A DNA stretch of 64,000 nucleotides from Pseudogymnoascus verrucosus. Lineage: Eukaryota. The stretch lies in assembly GCA_001662655.1 (NCBI GenBank), contig KV460207.1; one strand, given 5' to 3'. Position numbers and translations under genes: made by a program. This document shows positions 14,481 to 27,585 of the stretch, one piece after another (the first letter of the stretch is position 1; each line of letters begins with the position of its first letter). The notes beneath the pieces were generated by a model. That model did no database searches. It was given only the letters and a program-made list of their open reading frames with translations, and was not told the origin of the DNA.

Positions 14481-15161
14481 GTGAGTTTTAGTACTACGTG
14501 GAGGAAAACGAGGACCTCATTTTCCTTACCCCGTACCCCGCACGCTCAAGCTCATGTGAAAATCTACTGGCAGCCCCAACACATCGAAGCCTATGTGAAA
14601 ATCCACAAGCCACTACCCAACCCCTGGATTGGGCCTCGGGTCCGTCCGAATCAACGCCATGAACTAGAAGCAGGGCGGCAAGCGCTTATAGGAGATAATG
14701 GAAAATATACGTACCAAATCGACGTGCTCAGATTCCGTATCAAATCTGGCTCGAATCGACATCTGGGCCACGTAGTCAAGCGTCCCAAACCCACCATGAG
14801 AGTAACATGGGCACGTGACTTCACTACCACTTTACGGGTAAATTTGGCCCCATACTGGGACGGAACAATAAGAGGTAAACCTTGGCAATTGCGCCAACGA
14901 CAACGATATAATAACGAATAACAACCGACCACCTTAACATCGCCGTCCAATGATGGGAATCAAATAAATTGCATTTTGGGCTCTCGATATGTTTGTCATG
15001 TCTCAACAGACGCATTCTTGTCTCCACGAGTAGATCCAAGCTTCTAGTTCAGCACCGGGAATTCGATAGGTGTTGACGAACGAAGTCGATATTTTTATCT
15101 ATCGATTTGTTCTGATACTTAGGCCCTTGGTTGTTTAGTTGCCTGTTTGAGGCGGCTCATC

Positions 15162-17432
15162 ATGGAGTCAACGACACCAGACGATGGGGACTCGAGACGC
15201 AAGCGTCGGAGGCAATTTAGTGTCCGAGCCAGCGATGCTGCCACCCCTCCGGGGGAATTCGGCTCTATGAGGCCTGGAGTTGCGAAAGGTTCTTCGAGCT
15301 TTGTGGGTAGCGGAAGTGGAATCTACTTTGTGCGAGCTGTACAATCTGCTTTTGCCAGGAACTACAGCCAGAGCAGCCACGCAATCGACGATGATCTCGT
15401 GCCCGGGGAGGATGATCACCTTCACGTTCAAAACCCGTCAGGTTCACTCTGGAACTCGGAAGAAGTCTGTTTTATTCCTGCAAGTCAGCCTATAGTCTCG
15501 GTATCCTTTGACGATTTGGTGCGATGGAGTCAATCGTTCTTCAATAACTGGCATCCGCTGTTCCCGTTTCTACATGCACCAAGCATTTTGGGACTCTTCG
15601 AAAGAATTGCAACCCATGGCGTTCAGAGTTTGTGCACTGTGGAAGCAATTACTGTACGCTCAGTGTTATCTATGTCGGTTGCAGACCGACGCCAAATGCC
15701 CAGGGATGATCTGACACTGATTCCTTCAAACCTGGTTTTTAGCACCATCGATGAGGCGATTTCCTCTCTCACACCTGTAATTATGCAACCTTCTACACTG
15801 TCCGGACTTCAAGCTCTTGTGGCGATTCAGGTGTTCCTGATTTCTATGCTGCGTCTCAATGCTGCGTCGAGAATTGGTGGTCTCATCGTACGCATTACTT
15901 TTCACCTCGGTCTGCATAGATGCCCTTCGAGGTTCAAACAATTCACTCTGGCTGATGCAGATATGCGTCGAAGGCTATTTTGGGCGATATATAGCCTTGA
16001 GAGATATCTCTCCCAATCACTGGGGCTGCCTCTGGATTTAAAAGACGATGATGTCGATGTCTGCTACCCTGACAATGAACTTCATGACATCCAAGTCAAC
16101 GAGGAGGGTAATGGCCAGCCACTTCACGGTGAGAAACTGAATTTTCAGGCTTATTACGTTCCGTAGCTGATTTATCCCAACTAGACCCGCGTCTTCTGCT
16201 TCTCCCATCTTTTCTAGCTCGGCACGGCAAAATCAAGGGCTTGATTTTAGAACTTAGGCACAAGTGTGCGAACAACAGGACTGCTAGTCCCGATGAAGTC
16301 AGTTATGTGGATGCTGAAATATCGAAATGGTGGAATGAAGCACAAGATCTTCTCGAACCTGATTACATTAATGATGCGGCTGGAGAAGATCCAGACGGCG
16401 GACAGGCCCCATGCCTGTTAAAGGAGACACACAAACTCCTTGTCATTGTTCAGAAGCACGAATCCAGAATACTTCTGAATCGGCCTGTCATAACATCCGG
16501 CTACGATACCTCCCTATTCGCGGCAGCAATGCAAAAGTGTATTGGAGCGTCAAAACAAATTGTTTCGAAGGTATACCTTCACCTGCACGAAGGGATGAAC
16601 CAGGTAGGATCGCGTGATGGTAAAATTCAAAATCCACTTTTTTGGCCTGGCTTCACGTGGTGTATTTGGATGAGGTAGGGTAGCGTGCTCCCTACTATTG
16701 GCGTCTATCTAACTGAAAATCCGGGACAGCGGCTTAATACTTCTCTACGCAGCCTCTGAAGGGTATTATTCTATTGAGATAGCTCAACGGTAAGTGCAGG
16801 AGACCAAGTCATGACGAGCATACTAACTGTCTTAAAGTGAGGCTGGTCGATGTATAAAGATATTAGAAACGCTCTCATTGCGAGGGAATTTCTGGCCAGG
16901 AGCTTGCGCATCCGCTCTTATAGATTTACAAAAAGCTCTGGGTAACAAACTCTCCAATGGTACCTTCGAGCAACACGCTGGTTTACAGTCTCGAACAAAA
17001 GAGATGCGGACGTCAACAGATGCACTCAACTCAATCCATCGGCAGAAGGTACGCCTGCGGAATAGTGAGACTGGTACAGCACAAGACACCGGAGGAGCTT
17101 CAGTTTCGCCCCGTGCCCCAAATCCTGATTTTCAGCCACATGGCTCACCGAGAGCTTACCAGGGAAATGGAGAGACGCCAAGTACGAACAATTCGATACC
17201 GCCCCATTTGAGGAGCCCTCAGGGCGCCATGGCATTCTCCTTTCAGCAAAACGAAACGTCTACCATGGAGCCAAACAGCGCACCTGGTGGCGTGGCTTGG
17301 CCTATGTTAAGCGGACCAACTTACCAGATGGGTGACCAGTTTAACGGACTTGACGATATATTTCAGCTCATGGATGCTTCTTATCAAATTAGTGAGCAGA
17401 TGTACGAGCCTGGAGATATGGCACAGTTTTAG
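15162..17432 (+). CDS. Fungal-specific transcription factor domain (Fungal_trans/MHR) protein with no visible Zn2Cys6; introns near 16129-16184, 16675-16728, 16790-16837
   Basis: FVGSGSGIYF, WHPLFPFLH, LGLHRCP, RRRLFWAIYSLERYLSQSLGLP. Confidence 0.85.
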
Positions 17433-17808
17433 AAATATTTATACTCTTATTTACATAGGAAGGCTATTCAGGACGCATGTAATAATTACACTCGATGAAT
17501 TAAAGGCTATTTGATTATAAGAAGAACGTCGGCAGAACCTGAACGCTTACTTAAGCTCTATGGTGATACATAAAGAGAACATTTTGTTATGTTAAGATGC
17601 ACGAGATTTGTTTTCCTTATATAATGGGTGGATCGGATCAATAGACGACATCAGCAACAATATGGATCACTTTATTCCATAACCATGTTCATATTTATTC
17701 TATTCATATTTTTTCATTTGCGTATACCTTCTCATGGTACTTTGAACTCTGCAGGCTTCCTGACAATAAACCTAATACCCTGATCAAGAATCTATGAATA
17801 AAATAATC

Positions 17809-19118
17809 TTAGTTCGACCCTTCGAGATGCTCAGCCTTTGTCTTCCCTAATCTATTCTGAATTTCTTCGCACACAGCATTTGTCACCTCGGCCGTGGTCG
17901 CCGTCCCTCCGAGATCTTTAGTCATGATTCCCTTTTCGCAAACGGCTTCGACGATATCGAGGAGTTGATCTGCTGCCTCCTTCTCGCCTAGCCAGGTCAA
18001 CATCTCGCAAGCAGTCCAGAATGTCGCAACTGGATTTGCTGTCACCAAGTCAGTAACCATACAATATTTTACGTAGAAGGAGGAATACCGATTCCCATTC
18101 CAGTGATATCGAACGCAGAGCCATGGATAGGCTCGAACATGGAAGGGTTCTTTCGTGTGGGATCGAGATTGCTGGTGGGTGCGATGCCAATGGAACCAGC
18201 CAACGCCGCAGCAAGATCCGAAAGAATATCCGCGTGCTAATTGTATCGTTAGAACCTGCCCCAGTATGCATTCTCGTAAACCAATAACCTACCAAGTTTG
18301 TAGCAACAATGGTATCAAGCGTCTCCGGCTTTAGTACCATCCTCGTAGTCATTGCATCCACCAACATCTTATCAACCAGCACATCTGGAAAGTCCTTTGC
18401 CACATCTGATGCGACTTCGTCCCACATGACCATGCCATTCCTCTGCGCATTACTCTTTGTAACCACAGTGATATGCTTCTTCGGCCTGTTCTTGGCTGTT
18501 TCGAATGCAAATCGCATTATTCTCTCCACAGCGTGGCGTGTGAAAATCGAGACTTCAGTAGCAGTCTCCCATGGTTCACCGCGATGAGAGCGGCCGCCGT
18601 GACCGGCATATTCCCCTTCGCTATTCTCGCGGATTATCACCCAGTCCAGCTCGCCATTCTTGCAGTTTCGAAGAGGCGATTGAGTGCCTCGGAAGACCTT
18701 GGTGGGACGCACGTTCGCGTATTGTTGGAGGGGTTGGCAGATTGCGAGGCGGAGTTGCCATAGGGAGATGTGGTCTGGGACGTCTATGGAATCACATCAG
18801 CATATGTGATTTGGTTTGCTTTAAATATCTGGAAATTTGTGCTTAGTTTTACATACCTGGGGCACCAACAGCACCGAAGAGAATAGCATCAAACGTTTTT
18901 AACGTTGTCAGGGCATCGTCTGGCATGTATTTCCCCGTAGCTTTGTAAGTGTCGCTGCTCCAGTCGAAGTTCGTGAAATCCAGGTCAAAAGTGTTTAATG
19001 TCTCGGCAAACTTCTTCAACACGGTGACACCGGCGTCGATTACTTCAGGGCCAATTCCATCTGCTGGTATTGAAGCAATTCGATAGCTTGGGCGAGGATC
19101 AGCAAGAGAGGGACTCAT
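17809..19118 (-). CDS. Tartrate dehydrogenase/decarboxylase (D-malate dehydrogenase; beta-decarboxylating dehydrogenase family), 3 introns
   Basis: [69 protein letters not shown]; matches TtuC/YeaU-type enzymes rather than IPMDH. Confidence 0.9.
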
Positions 19119-19325
19119 TTTGACAATGGTGATATGATATGATATGGTCGAGTTGTGAAACTGAATCGATGTGCACGACGATTATGGGAAGGTAAATTAT
19201 TAGGAAAGAAGCAGAATAAAGAGATACAAATACCTGAATATCTAGTGGAGATTGATACACAGGATCAGATAGGTTCCATCTTGGTGGGGTTGGGGGTTGG
19301 CTGGGTTTGGCGGGGCTGTGAATCA

Positions 19326-19345
19326 CCCGGGGATCGTTTCTCCGG
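19326..19345 (+). promoter_or_regulatory. Shared cluster motif CCCGG-gga-TCGTTTCTCCGG in the dehydrogenase/kinase bidirectional promoter
   Basis: Read directly; recurs at 20784, 38183 and 38219. Confidence 0.6.
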
Positions 19346-19487
19346 CTGAGATGTGGGGTCGAAAACCAACTTGCCATCTTCACAAGAGAAGAAGGCGGCG
19401 AAAAACACACAGATAATAGTCCACATAACATAGCCACAATGTCAGACCTGGCCTAAAGACTCTTCACAATCCGTATATACAATCAAT

Positions 19488-20579
19488 ATGAGTCGAGACA
19501 GCCGAGCTCAGCTCGTTGTTGAAAGCGTACTGCCGTTCATTGAGGCCCACCGAAAGCTTGAGCATCAAGGCAATGCTAAAAAACCATTTATTTTAGGTGT
19601 TACAGGATTACAAGGTACGTGTAATTGTTTAAACTAAGTAAATATGAGTTTAACGAGAATTTATATTGTAGGATCAGGAAAATCACATTTGGCATCAGCA
19701 CTCGTCGTCGCTCTCTCCAAGGACCATAATTATAACACCATCGAGGTATCACTCGACGACTTCTACCTACGACATGACGAACAAATATCCCTTCGTACAC
19801 AAAATCCTTCCAACAACTTGTTTAAAGCTCGCGGTCAGCCTGGAACACATGATCCTGTCTTGTTGAAATCATTCTTCAGCCAGTTCTCAGATCCATTAGC
19901 GAAACATGTTTGGATTCCTTCATTCGACAAAGGCCTCTTCCAAGGGGAGGGAGACAGACTTCCACTATCGGAATGGAAAACCATTGATTGCCATTGTCCG
20001 ATCGATGTGGTGATTTTCGAAGGGTGGTGTGTTGGCTTCCAACCATGTCCTGACATCGAGGTGGAGAGGAAGAGAGTAGAAGCTTTACAGATTCGACATT
20101 TGAACGAACCCGAAAAGAGCATTATGGATTTGCCCCGGAGTCAATTTTGCACAACTACTTTGGGGGACCATAAGCTTGTGGATTTGCTCCATGTAAATGA
20201 CTGTCTACGCAGATACTCTGAAGATTTCATGGGTCCGCAGCATTTTGATTTTATGGTGCATCTTGATACCAATGACTTGGGTAACGTGTATACATGGAGG
20301 ATACAGCAGGAGCATGCACTCCATAGGAGGAAAGGTACTGGAATGACTGATGAGGCGGTAGTCAAATTCGGTACTGTTTTTTTCATTTGCCCCGTCGTGG
20401 ATAATTAAACTAATCTGATGAACGTTTCAGTACAGATATATATGCCAGCGTATGAATTATATTTGGACGGTCTACGATCTGGATTCTTTAGGGAGACTGG
20501 AAGTTTTATTAGGACAAAGGGACAATTGCAACTAGTCATGGACGTTGAGCGGAATGTTGTAGAATCAAAACTATTCTGA
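19488..20579 (+). CDS. P-loop kinase, GLYK/Tda10 (Ygr205w)-type D-glycerate 3-kinase; introns about 19615-19671 and 20372-20430
   Basis: PFILGVTGLQG|SGKS Walker A, SLDDFYL, RGQPGTHD, FDKGLFQGEGDR, VVIFEGWCVGF, WRIQQEH, GMTDEAV, YMPAYELY. Confidence 0.85.
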
Positions 20580-20783
20580 ATGAGCAATAAAATAATACGC
20601 GGCCTGTTTTCAATATGATCGATACTGTAGACTCGAAAGGAATCTAGCAAGAGAGTTGATATGACGGATTTATCGACCATAGTCCAACTTCACCCGTTCC
20701 TGTCAGCCAAGGCCCGGACCTGTGTGCGTCGTGCGGGGTTGCGGGGTACGACCTGCTCTGCTTCTCCCTCGTGGTATAAGCGG

Positions 20784-20803
20784 CCCGGCTTTCGTTTCTC
20801 CAG
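20784..20803 (+). promoter_or_regulatory. Shared cluster motif CCCGG-ctt-TCGTTTCTCCAG upstream of the MFS gene, flanked by CreA-like SYGGRG sites
   Basis: Read directly; GCGGGG/CCCCGC nearby at about 20733, 20741 and 20841. Confidence 0.55.
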
Positions 20804-21079
20804 ACCCACAACTACCCCATAGTCTTACCATACTATGCAGCCCCCGCTGGCGAACGTTTCCCCGCAGAGTCGTACCCCGTGGGAAAAAACCTGGGGAAAG
20901 CTTACAGCGAGGTAAGTGTCCCTGAATATGGGATGGCAGGCAGTTGTTTTCTATAAAACCTATGATGTCTCTCGCCAGTAAATATTAGACATGGCAATTG
21001 TCTGCTCTTGGACTACTATCTGCGAAATATCTTACATCACGTCAAATCTATCCGGATAGTGCAATATTAAGTCGATATC

Positions 21080-22694
21080 ATGAGTGAAAAACGCCCTCAA
21101 ACGCCCGATGACAAGGTCAATACGGCATCACACCTAGAGGACCCCGAGAGCCTCATGAAGGAACCTTTAGAAGATGTCGACTATTCGGGGGCCGTCGCAA
21201 AATCCGACCCAGCAGAGATTGCCTTGGTTCGAAAGCTCGATATGAGGATTATGCCTACTCTTTGGGCCATGTACTTTATGAACTATCTTGACAGGAACGC
21301 CATAGCGAACGCTCGGCTGAACGACCTTGAAAAAGACTTGGGTTTAGAGGGTACACAATACAATACATGTATTTCCATTCTCTTTGTGGGGCAAGTACAC
21401 CAAAATTTGATTTAGTACAGCTGACGACTGACTATTTAATAGGTATCTCTTAATGCAAATCCCCTCAAACATGTTGATGTCGTCAAGGAAAATCCGGCCC
21501 TCGATATACATGGCGGTTTGTATGGCTGGATGGGCCATTGTCGCGGCTTTAACAGCGCTGGTCAAGAATTATACTGGGCTCGTACTTGTCCGATTTTTCC
21601 TCGGGGTCCTTGAAGCCCCATTCTGTTTGTCTCCCATTGCTATTCCTATCGAGATCGGTCGGTGCTAACGATCCTTGAGACCCTGGTGCGTTATACTTGC
21701 TATCAGCATTTTACACCCGAAAGGAGGTTGCGACGAGAATAGCGATTTTATACTCCGGCAACATATTCGCGACCTCTTTCGCAGGTCTCATCGCAGCCGC
21801 AACGTTTGCTTCCATTGATGGCGCTCACGGATTCAAAGGCTGGCAATGGTAGGTTACTTTGAAACCAAATTCGAAAACTGACTAACCTCACCAAGGCTTT
21901 TTATTATCGAGGGAGTGGTGACTTTTGCCGTAGCCATTGCTGCAGCATACCTTCTTCCTGACTTCCCGCTCACTACGAAATGGCTCACTGAAGAAGAGCG
22001 AATTCTTGCTGACGCCAGAATCAAACGCGACACTGTCGGTCTAACGCCCGATAAAGGCGCGAGAGAGGGTTTCAAACAGGCTATTAGGGACCCTAGGCTA
22101 TACCTCCTATGCTTCATGCAAAACATGCATCTCTCCGCCTGTTCATTCAATAATTTCTTCCCTACTGTTGTTGGTTCTCTTGGGTATGACCGAACTATCA
22201 CTTTGGCTCTCACATGCCCGCCATATCTTGTGTCTGGATTTTTTGGCTACGCTATCGGAATCACTTCGGGGAAGTACAACGAGAGAACCTGGCATATCAC
22301 TGGGTGCATGGGAGCCGCTCTCGTTGGGTTTGTCATCTCCTGCCTAACGCTTAACACGCCTGCTCGTTACATATCTTGCTTCCTCTTTGCCAGCGGTGCC
22401 TATGCCGTCAATTCGGTTATTCTGGGATGGGTTTCGGCGACGTTGGGACAGACAACCGAGAAAAAAGCCGTGTCGCTCAGTATCGTCAATGTGGTTGCCA
22501 ATGCTTCCTATATCTACACGGCATATTTATACCCAAAATCTGATGGACCGAAGTACCTTACGGCTATGGGATCTAATGCTGGATTCGCCTTTGCTACAAT
22601 TGCTAGTGCGTGGGCTTTCAGGTTTTGGCTTATGAGGACCAATACCAAGATTAGACGTAGTGGGGATGAGTCGAAGGTATTTTACGCTTACTAG
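21080..22694 (+). CDS. MFS transporter, ACS family (TtuB/Tna1-like); introns 21391-21442 (GC-AG), 21625-21679, 21849-21895
   Basis: LVRKLDMRIMP, YLDRNAIANARL, YLLMQIPSN, RFFLGVLEAPF|YPG, GWQW|LFIIEG. Confidence 0.9.
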
Positions 22695-22925
22695 ATAATG
22701 GCATGGCAGTACTTGTTAAATACTCTGGTAAAAGAATGGAGGCTGCAGGCAAATAGTATGAGTTATTTATTTAAATACGATCAAGTTATGTCCTTGTATA
22801 TACTATGACTTATTCGTACAGTTGAAATCTCTACAGAGTATAATAATGTTCAGCTAAACACCCCGAGAAAGTGTCATATAGAGACTAAGGCAACGCTCAA
22901 TGACTTATTGCGCGCAGCTATCTAT

Positions 22926-25900
22926 TTAATTATGATAATTTTCATCATCCCAGACCATTGTAAGCAGCTGGACCATCTCTCTTCGCCCTTGACCTGAGGT
23001 GATATCGAATTTCTTATACGCCTTATAACATGTCGACATATCGGCTACTACGTGGTCGATACATGCAACTTTCCCAACCTCGCCTCCATTGCTGACACTT
23101 TCGTAATACGAGTCGGCCTTTGATCCTGAACCGTCACCACCATAGGGAGAAAACGAACAGTCAGAACCTCCTGAGAAATCGGGCAAGTCAAAGGAACTAG
23201 GAGGAAAGTGATATGTGGTATCTTCCGGGCCTTTTATCCCAGTAGACTGTATCCATGATGATTTGCCCCACACTGTCTCGCAAGTAGAAGAGCCGTCTGC
23301 AACGAACCAGTAGTATTGAGCGTGGTCGAAGGAGTCGCATTCTATAGAGCCACAATAATATTGCGCGAAATAGCACAAATTTAGAGTAGTGGTTGTTGGA
23401 GGTGGAGGGGAAGTCGTTGTTGCTGGAGGACGATTGGTTGAAGTTTTTGGCGGGCTGTTGGTGCAGCTGGCAGGCAGTAATGATGTTGTAGTTGGACAGT
23501 CCGCTACATCGACATATTGATAGATCCACTTGCAATTTACCAGGCTGCTTGTAACGCATTGCGGAGCGAGTCGTCGGTGGTACTTAGAGCAGTCATAGAA
23601 CCCCAGCGCGTCGCATCCCACTCGTTCTGTAAACTGACGATTAAGCTCGACGCGGCTTTCAAGGCAGCATCATCGGCAAGTTGAAAACTGGAATCAACGA
23701 AAGCTGCCATCTCTTCGGGATATGACACGCTCGTGGTAACAGTTGTGGTGGTAGTACTATCTGTCACGGTACACGCCTCTGTGATTTCACAGTGTGTTCT
23801 CGTTGTCGTTGACCACCCTGTTGTACCGGCTGGTACAAAACTACTCACAACCATAGTGCACAAACTCGCCGTCTCCAAAGACGTACAGTCGTTTGACTTG
23901 TTCTGCTCGACGTCGCCACATTTGCCATTGGGGCACATGCTGCAGTCGCCGCTAGGGCACCCCCCATTGCCACATGAGCCTGTGGTGCAACCTAACCCAC
24001 CACACTTGCTAAGAGGGCACCCACTAGAGCAGAGACCTAGGGCGCATCCGGGTCCGCCTCCACACCCAAACAGTCCACATCCACCCCCACAACCCCAGAT
24101 GCCGCAGCCGCCGCCGCAACCGAATATCCTACACCCAGACGAGCACCCAAACAGCCCACAGTTCTTATGACCGTAGTTTGAAGAACAAGTGGCGGTCGGC
24201 TTAGCACTTTTATATATGACTGTCGAAATGCCAGTGGGTGGTGGGGTGCTTACTGACACAGTAGCTTGCGGCTGGATCGTGACAACATGAGAAGTGGAGT
24301 AAAACACAGGAATGATAACTGCTGTGGATGAGGTTGACATTGCCCCTGATGTAGTACTACTACCTGCGGCCCCTGTGGCCCCCGTATTGAATGGGTTAGA
24401 AGGCATTGGAATCAAACTTGGAGGGAATACAGCCTCGCCGATTCCTAGTGTAATGCTGAATGGCTAAGGCATCACACTCTGAACAGCTGTGAAAGTCGCC
24501 GTTAGATCGTCGCCTTCGCTAATAAATACTGGCTACCACTTAATTTCGGTCGTCGTGACGATAGACACCGAGATAGTGGTTGTGGTGGTCACAATTTTTG
24601 TTCCTGATGAGACAAGCAGGGTTGTAGTGAGTGCAGGCCAATTGATAGTTGTTGTGAAACCCAGTGGGAACGGCGGCAGTATAAGCGTGCATGGCGGTAT
24701 ACAATTAACCTCTGGATTTGAACTAGACCAGATAGACGGTGGCACGTATATATCCTTACCAACGCTACTCCCATCCTCAAAGGTTTGGAGGTCGACCGCC
24801 CAATCTGTAGTCCCTCTGAAATTATAGGCTTGGAATATCTTTGTCCTTATGACTTTGTTATCGTCGGTTATATAAGCAATCCACTGGGTTTCGTCGTACA
24901 CTACGATGTCAGAGTAACTATCATCCCGATAAGACTGGACACTTCTAGTTCCCGCAATAATGGCTGCAATCTCGGCGTTTGCAATATAGCCTGGTGTTTG
25001 CGTGCAAGCCCCGCCATAAGCGCCAGACACCGGTCCTGTGTATGTACAATCACTACTAGTACAACCAGGCGTAGTCATCTAGAAAGAGCGGCCATAACTG
25101 GTAACGCCTACAACAACCTTGTCTGAAGGCACGCCAGCTTTAGTAACTATAGAGAGCGCACTGAGCGTCTCAGTTAAGTTAACATGAGAGCGGAGGCAGT
25201 TACCCCCTAAACAGCCATCGTCTGAATAAGGATGTCCATAATCCCACTAGCCATGAAGAACACAGGTCATAAAGATAATATAGTCGACAACATGACCGAT
25301 TGCTTGAATTGGAAAACCCTTGAGGTACCACTGAAAAGAAATAGTTAGCGCTGCTTAATGAAAATGCTTAATCTAGGAATCCACATACAAATCCTGCCGG
25401 GGCTGCTATAGAAAGCGAAGTACCATCAGGTAAACTGTTCCGTAGTTCACTAAGGAATAGGTAATAATTAGAGGCATCCTCAGCGGTTCCGTGGGGGATG
25501 CCTTCCATATCGGGCTCAGCTGGATACTCCCAGTCAAAATCAACACCGTCTAGATTATACTTCTTAACGAAGGCAACGACGTTAGCGATGAATGTATCCC
25601 GATTTGGCTCTTCCACAACTTGACGGAAAATAAAATAGGTACTAGGGTCGGTAGAGAAGGTCCATCCACCTATAGAAAGAAGTCAGCGGGAGAGCCATTA
25701 CACACTGTATAAGTCGGTCATTCTCAACATACCAAAAGAAAGAATCTTCTTGAAACCCGTCATCTGCACAAAAGCTAAGAATTGATCTTCGATGGAAGTA
25801 ATATCTACATTCCAGTCGAGGGTTATAGTCGCAAATGCAAGATGTATGTGTGTGTGTATCCGGTAGTGTCGAAATCCGTGACTTTCATATTTAAGCATGG

Positions 25901-27585
25901 TCGCGATGAGTCAAAGGCTTCAAAGTAACCTATCTTCCTAAACACAACAGGAGGCAGTCCGATGAGGATCTGGGTGCCATAGTTGGAGATACATCCGTTC
26001 TGATTAAGAGCAGCAGTCCCTGGTGCTCCAGCAGGCCCCTTGCTAGCAGTACAGAATTCGCCTGTCGTACCTGCAAAATGGCTAAATCAGCATGACATAG
26101 CAATAAGAGGGATTCGGAGATTTACATACCACACTCGCCCCAAATGTCACAGCAAGCGTTGAGTGCACACTCATTAAGAGTTGAAAGGTCTGTTCCTGCA
26201 GGGGGGGTCGGTGTCCCCGGGACCTGCGGTCCACAAACAGCATTAACTAATGGAGCGGGCATAGGCGGTGATCCGGTGCTAAGGCATATATTGCCACCAG
26301 CCTGTAAGTCAGCACAGCCCATCTAGCCCCAAGTTTTCGAATTAAAAGATTCGAGCAGCGCAGCGATGAGACTATATAGCCCTAAGAGCTGGCTACAGTT
26401 ATCGTCCTTTTGAACAAGGTAGCTATGACAGGTCCCATCGGAATTTGGCTTCGGGGCGAAATCAGGCAGTGTGCCGGATGAGCAGGAAAAGTGCTGGCCC
26501 TCTGTTGAACATAGTGCAGTGCTTGGATTGTACACAGTGAACTGCGCTGGGGTAATACCGCACTCAACAGCGAGTGAACCACAAGTGTCTGTGCTATGAG
26601 CCCTGACGGTGGTGCATGTTGCTCGAGGGTTCAAACCATGTGAAACCTGTTTTGCTGTAGATGTGTTGTTGCTTGGGCTTAGCAGACTTGGTATTAAGAG
26701 GGTGATATTTTTCTAGACAGTCGCTTCGTCATACTCAGTGACGCACTTTCCGTCTCTCCATGTCTTTACAGCATGCTGCACGGAAGATAGATTGGAGTTG
26801 GTGTTTGCCATAACTCCGAAAGCGAGTCTAGAGCTTTGGCCATTTGTTGCACAGAGTTGAACGAAAAGATTTTCTGATATTCCATTGGTCTCCACGTGAG
26901 CGCTGAATTGTTGAAGTACGGTTGATACAATTCCCTGGCTTTGGATTCCCAAACCAGCGTAAAGACCAAGAGCTGTCTGTCCAGAGTATGCAAAGGCTGT
27001 TGTGCTATTACAGCCGACTTCGCTCTGGCTTATATACCTTTCCATCTGTTGAGCAGCAGCAACAACGTCGCCAGCTGCTTCAGTGTTACTTGAACCTAGC
27101 CATGCTATTTGCAAAGATGCCTCTCCTTGCTTCAGGTTCTTGCTGGAACGACACGATTCATTCGTAAGTCTGCTAGGTGCGCTAAAGCTACTCTTATAAT
27201 CCGCAGTGCAAGATCGTATGCTCGCGTGGGTTCTGTGGTCGCCAAGTGGATTGTAAAGGGCAAAATCCAAGAGCATGGTTTGATTGCATAGTGCAAGGCG
27301 ATCAACATTTTGATATACCGTCCAGTTATTTGGTTTGCTTCCGTTACAGCTTGTGGGACAGCAGACTCTAGCCGTGTTGGATGTAGCAGACGGTTTCTTA
27401 ACTTGTGCTGGAACTGAATCTATACTTGGGCTCTGTATAGAGCTTATAGAGACCAGCGTACTGGTCGATACGGGGTGCGCCGCAAGGTAAGATTCCAATC
27501 TGCTATTTGCGGCTGTGCTGTGACCAGCGAATGCGACATAGGCTGCTAAGGCCTTAGCAACGGTTGTTCCTAAAGTCAGCCACAT
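22926..27585 (-). pseudogene. Subgroup C (killer-toxin-like) GH18 chitinase: signal peptide, LysM x2, CBM18, GH18, Gly/Cys repeats, C-terminal domain; disabled
   Basis: Catalytic LDGVDFDWEYP, CALNACCDIWGECG, LysM segments; in-frame TAG at 26713, 26323, 25247, 25079, 24533, 24464 and a frameshift near 23580. Confidence 0.88.
23930..24170 (-). repeat. Gly/Cys-rich coding repeats (GCGxFGCGGG) within the chitinase
   Basis: CGLFGCSSGCRIFGCGGGCGIWGCGGGCGLFGCGGGPGCALG. Confidence 0.75.

Noticed and set aside
14549..14612. Imperfect direct repeat aagc..atgtgaaaatc.ac x2
   Set aside because: Only two short copies; not a CRISPR array or an element end
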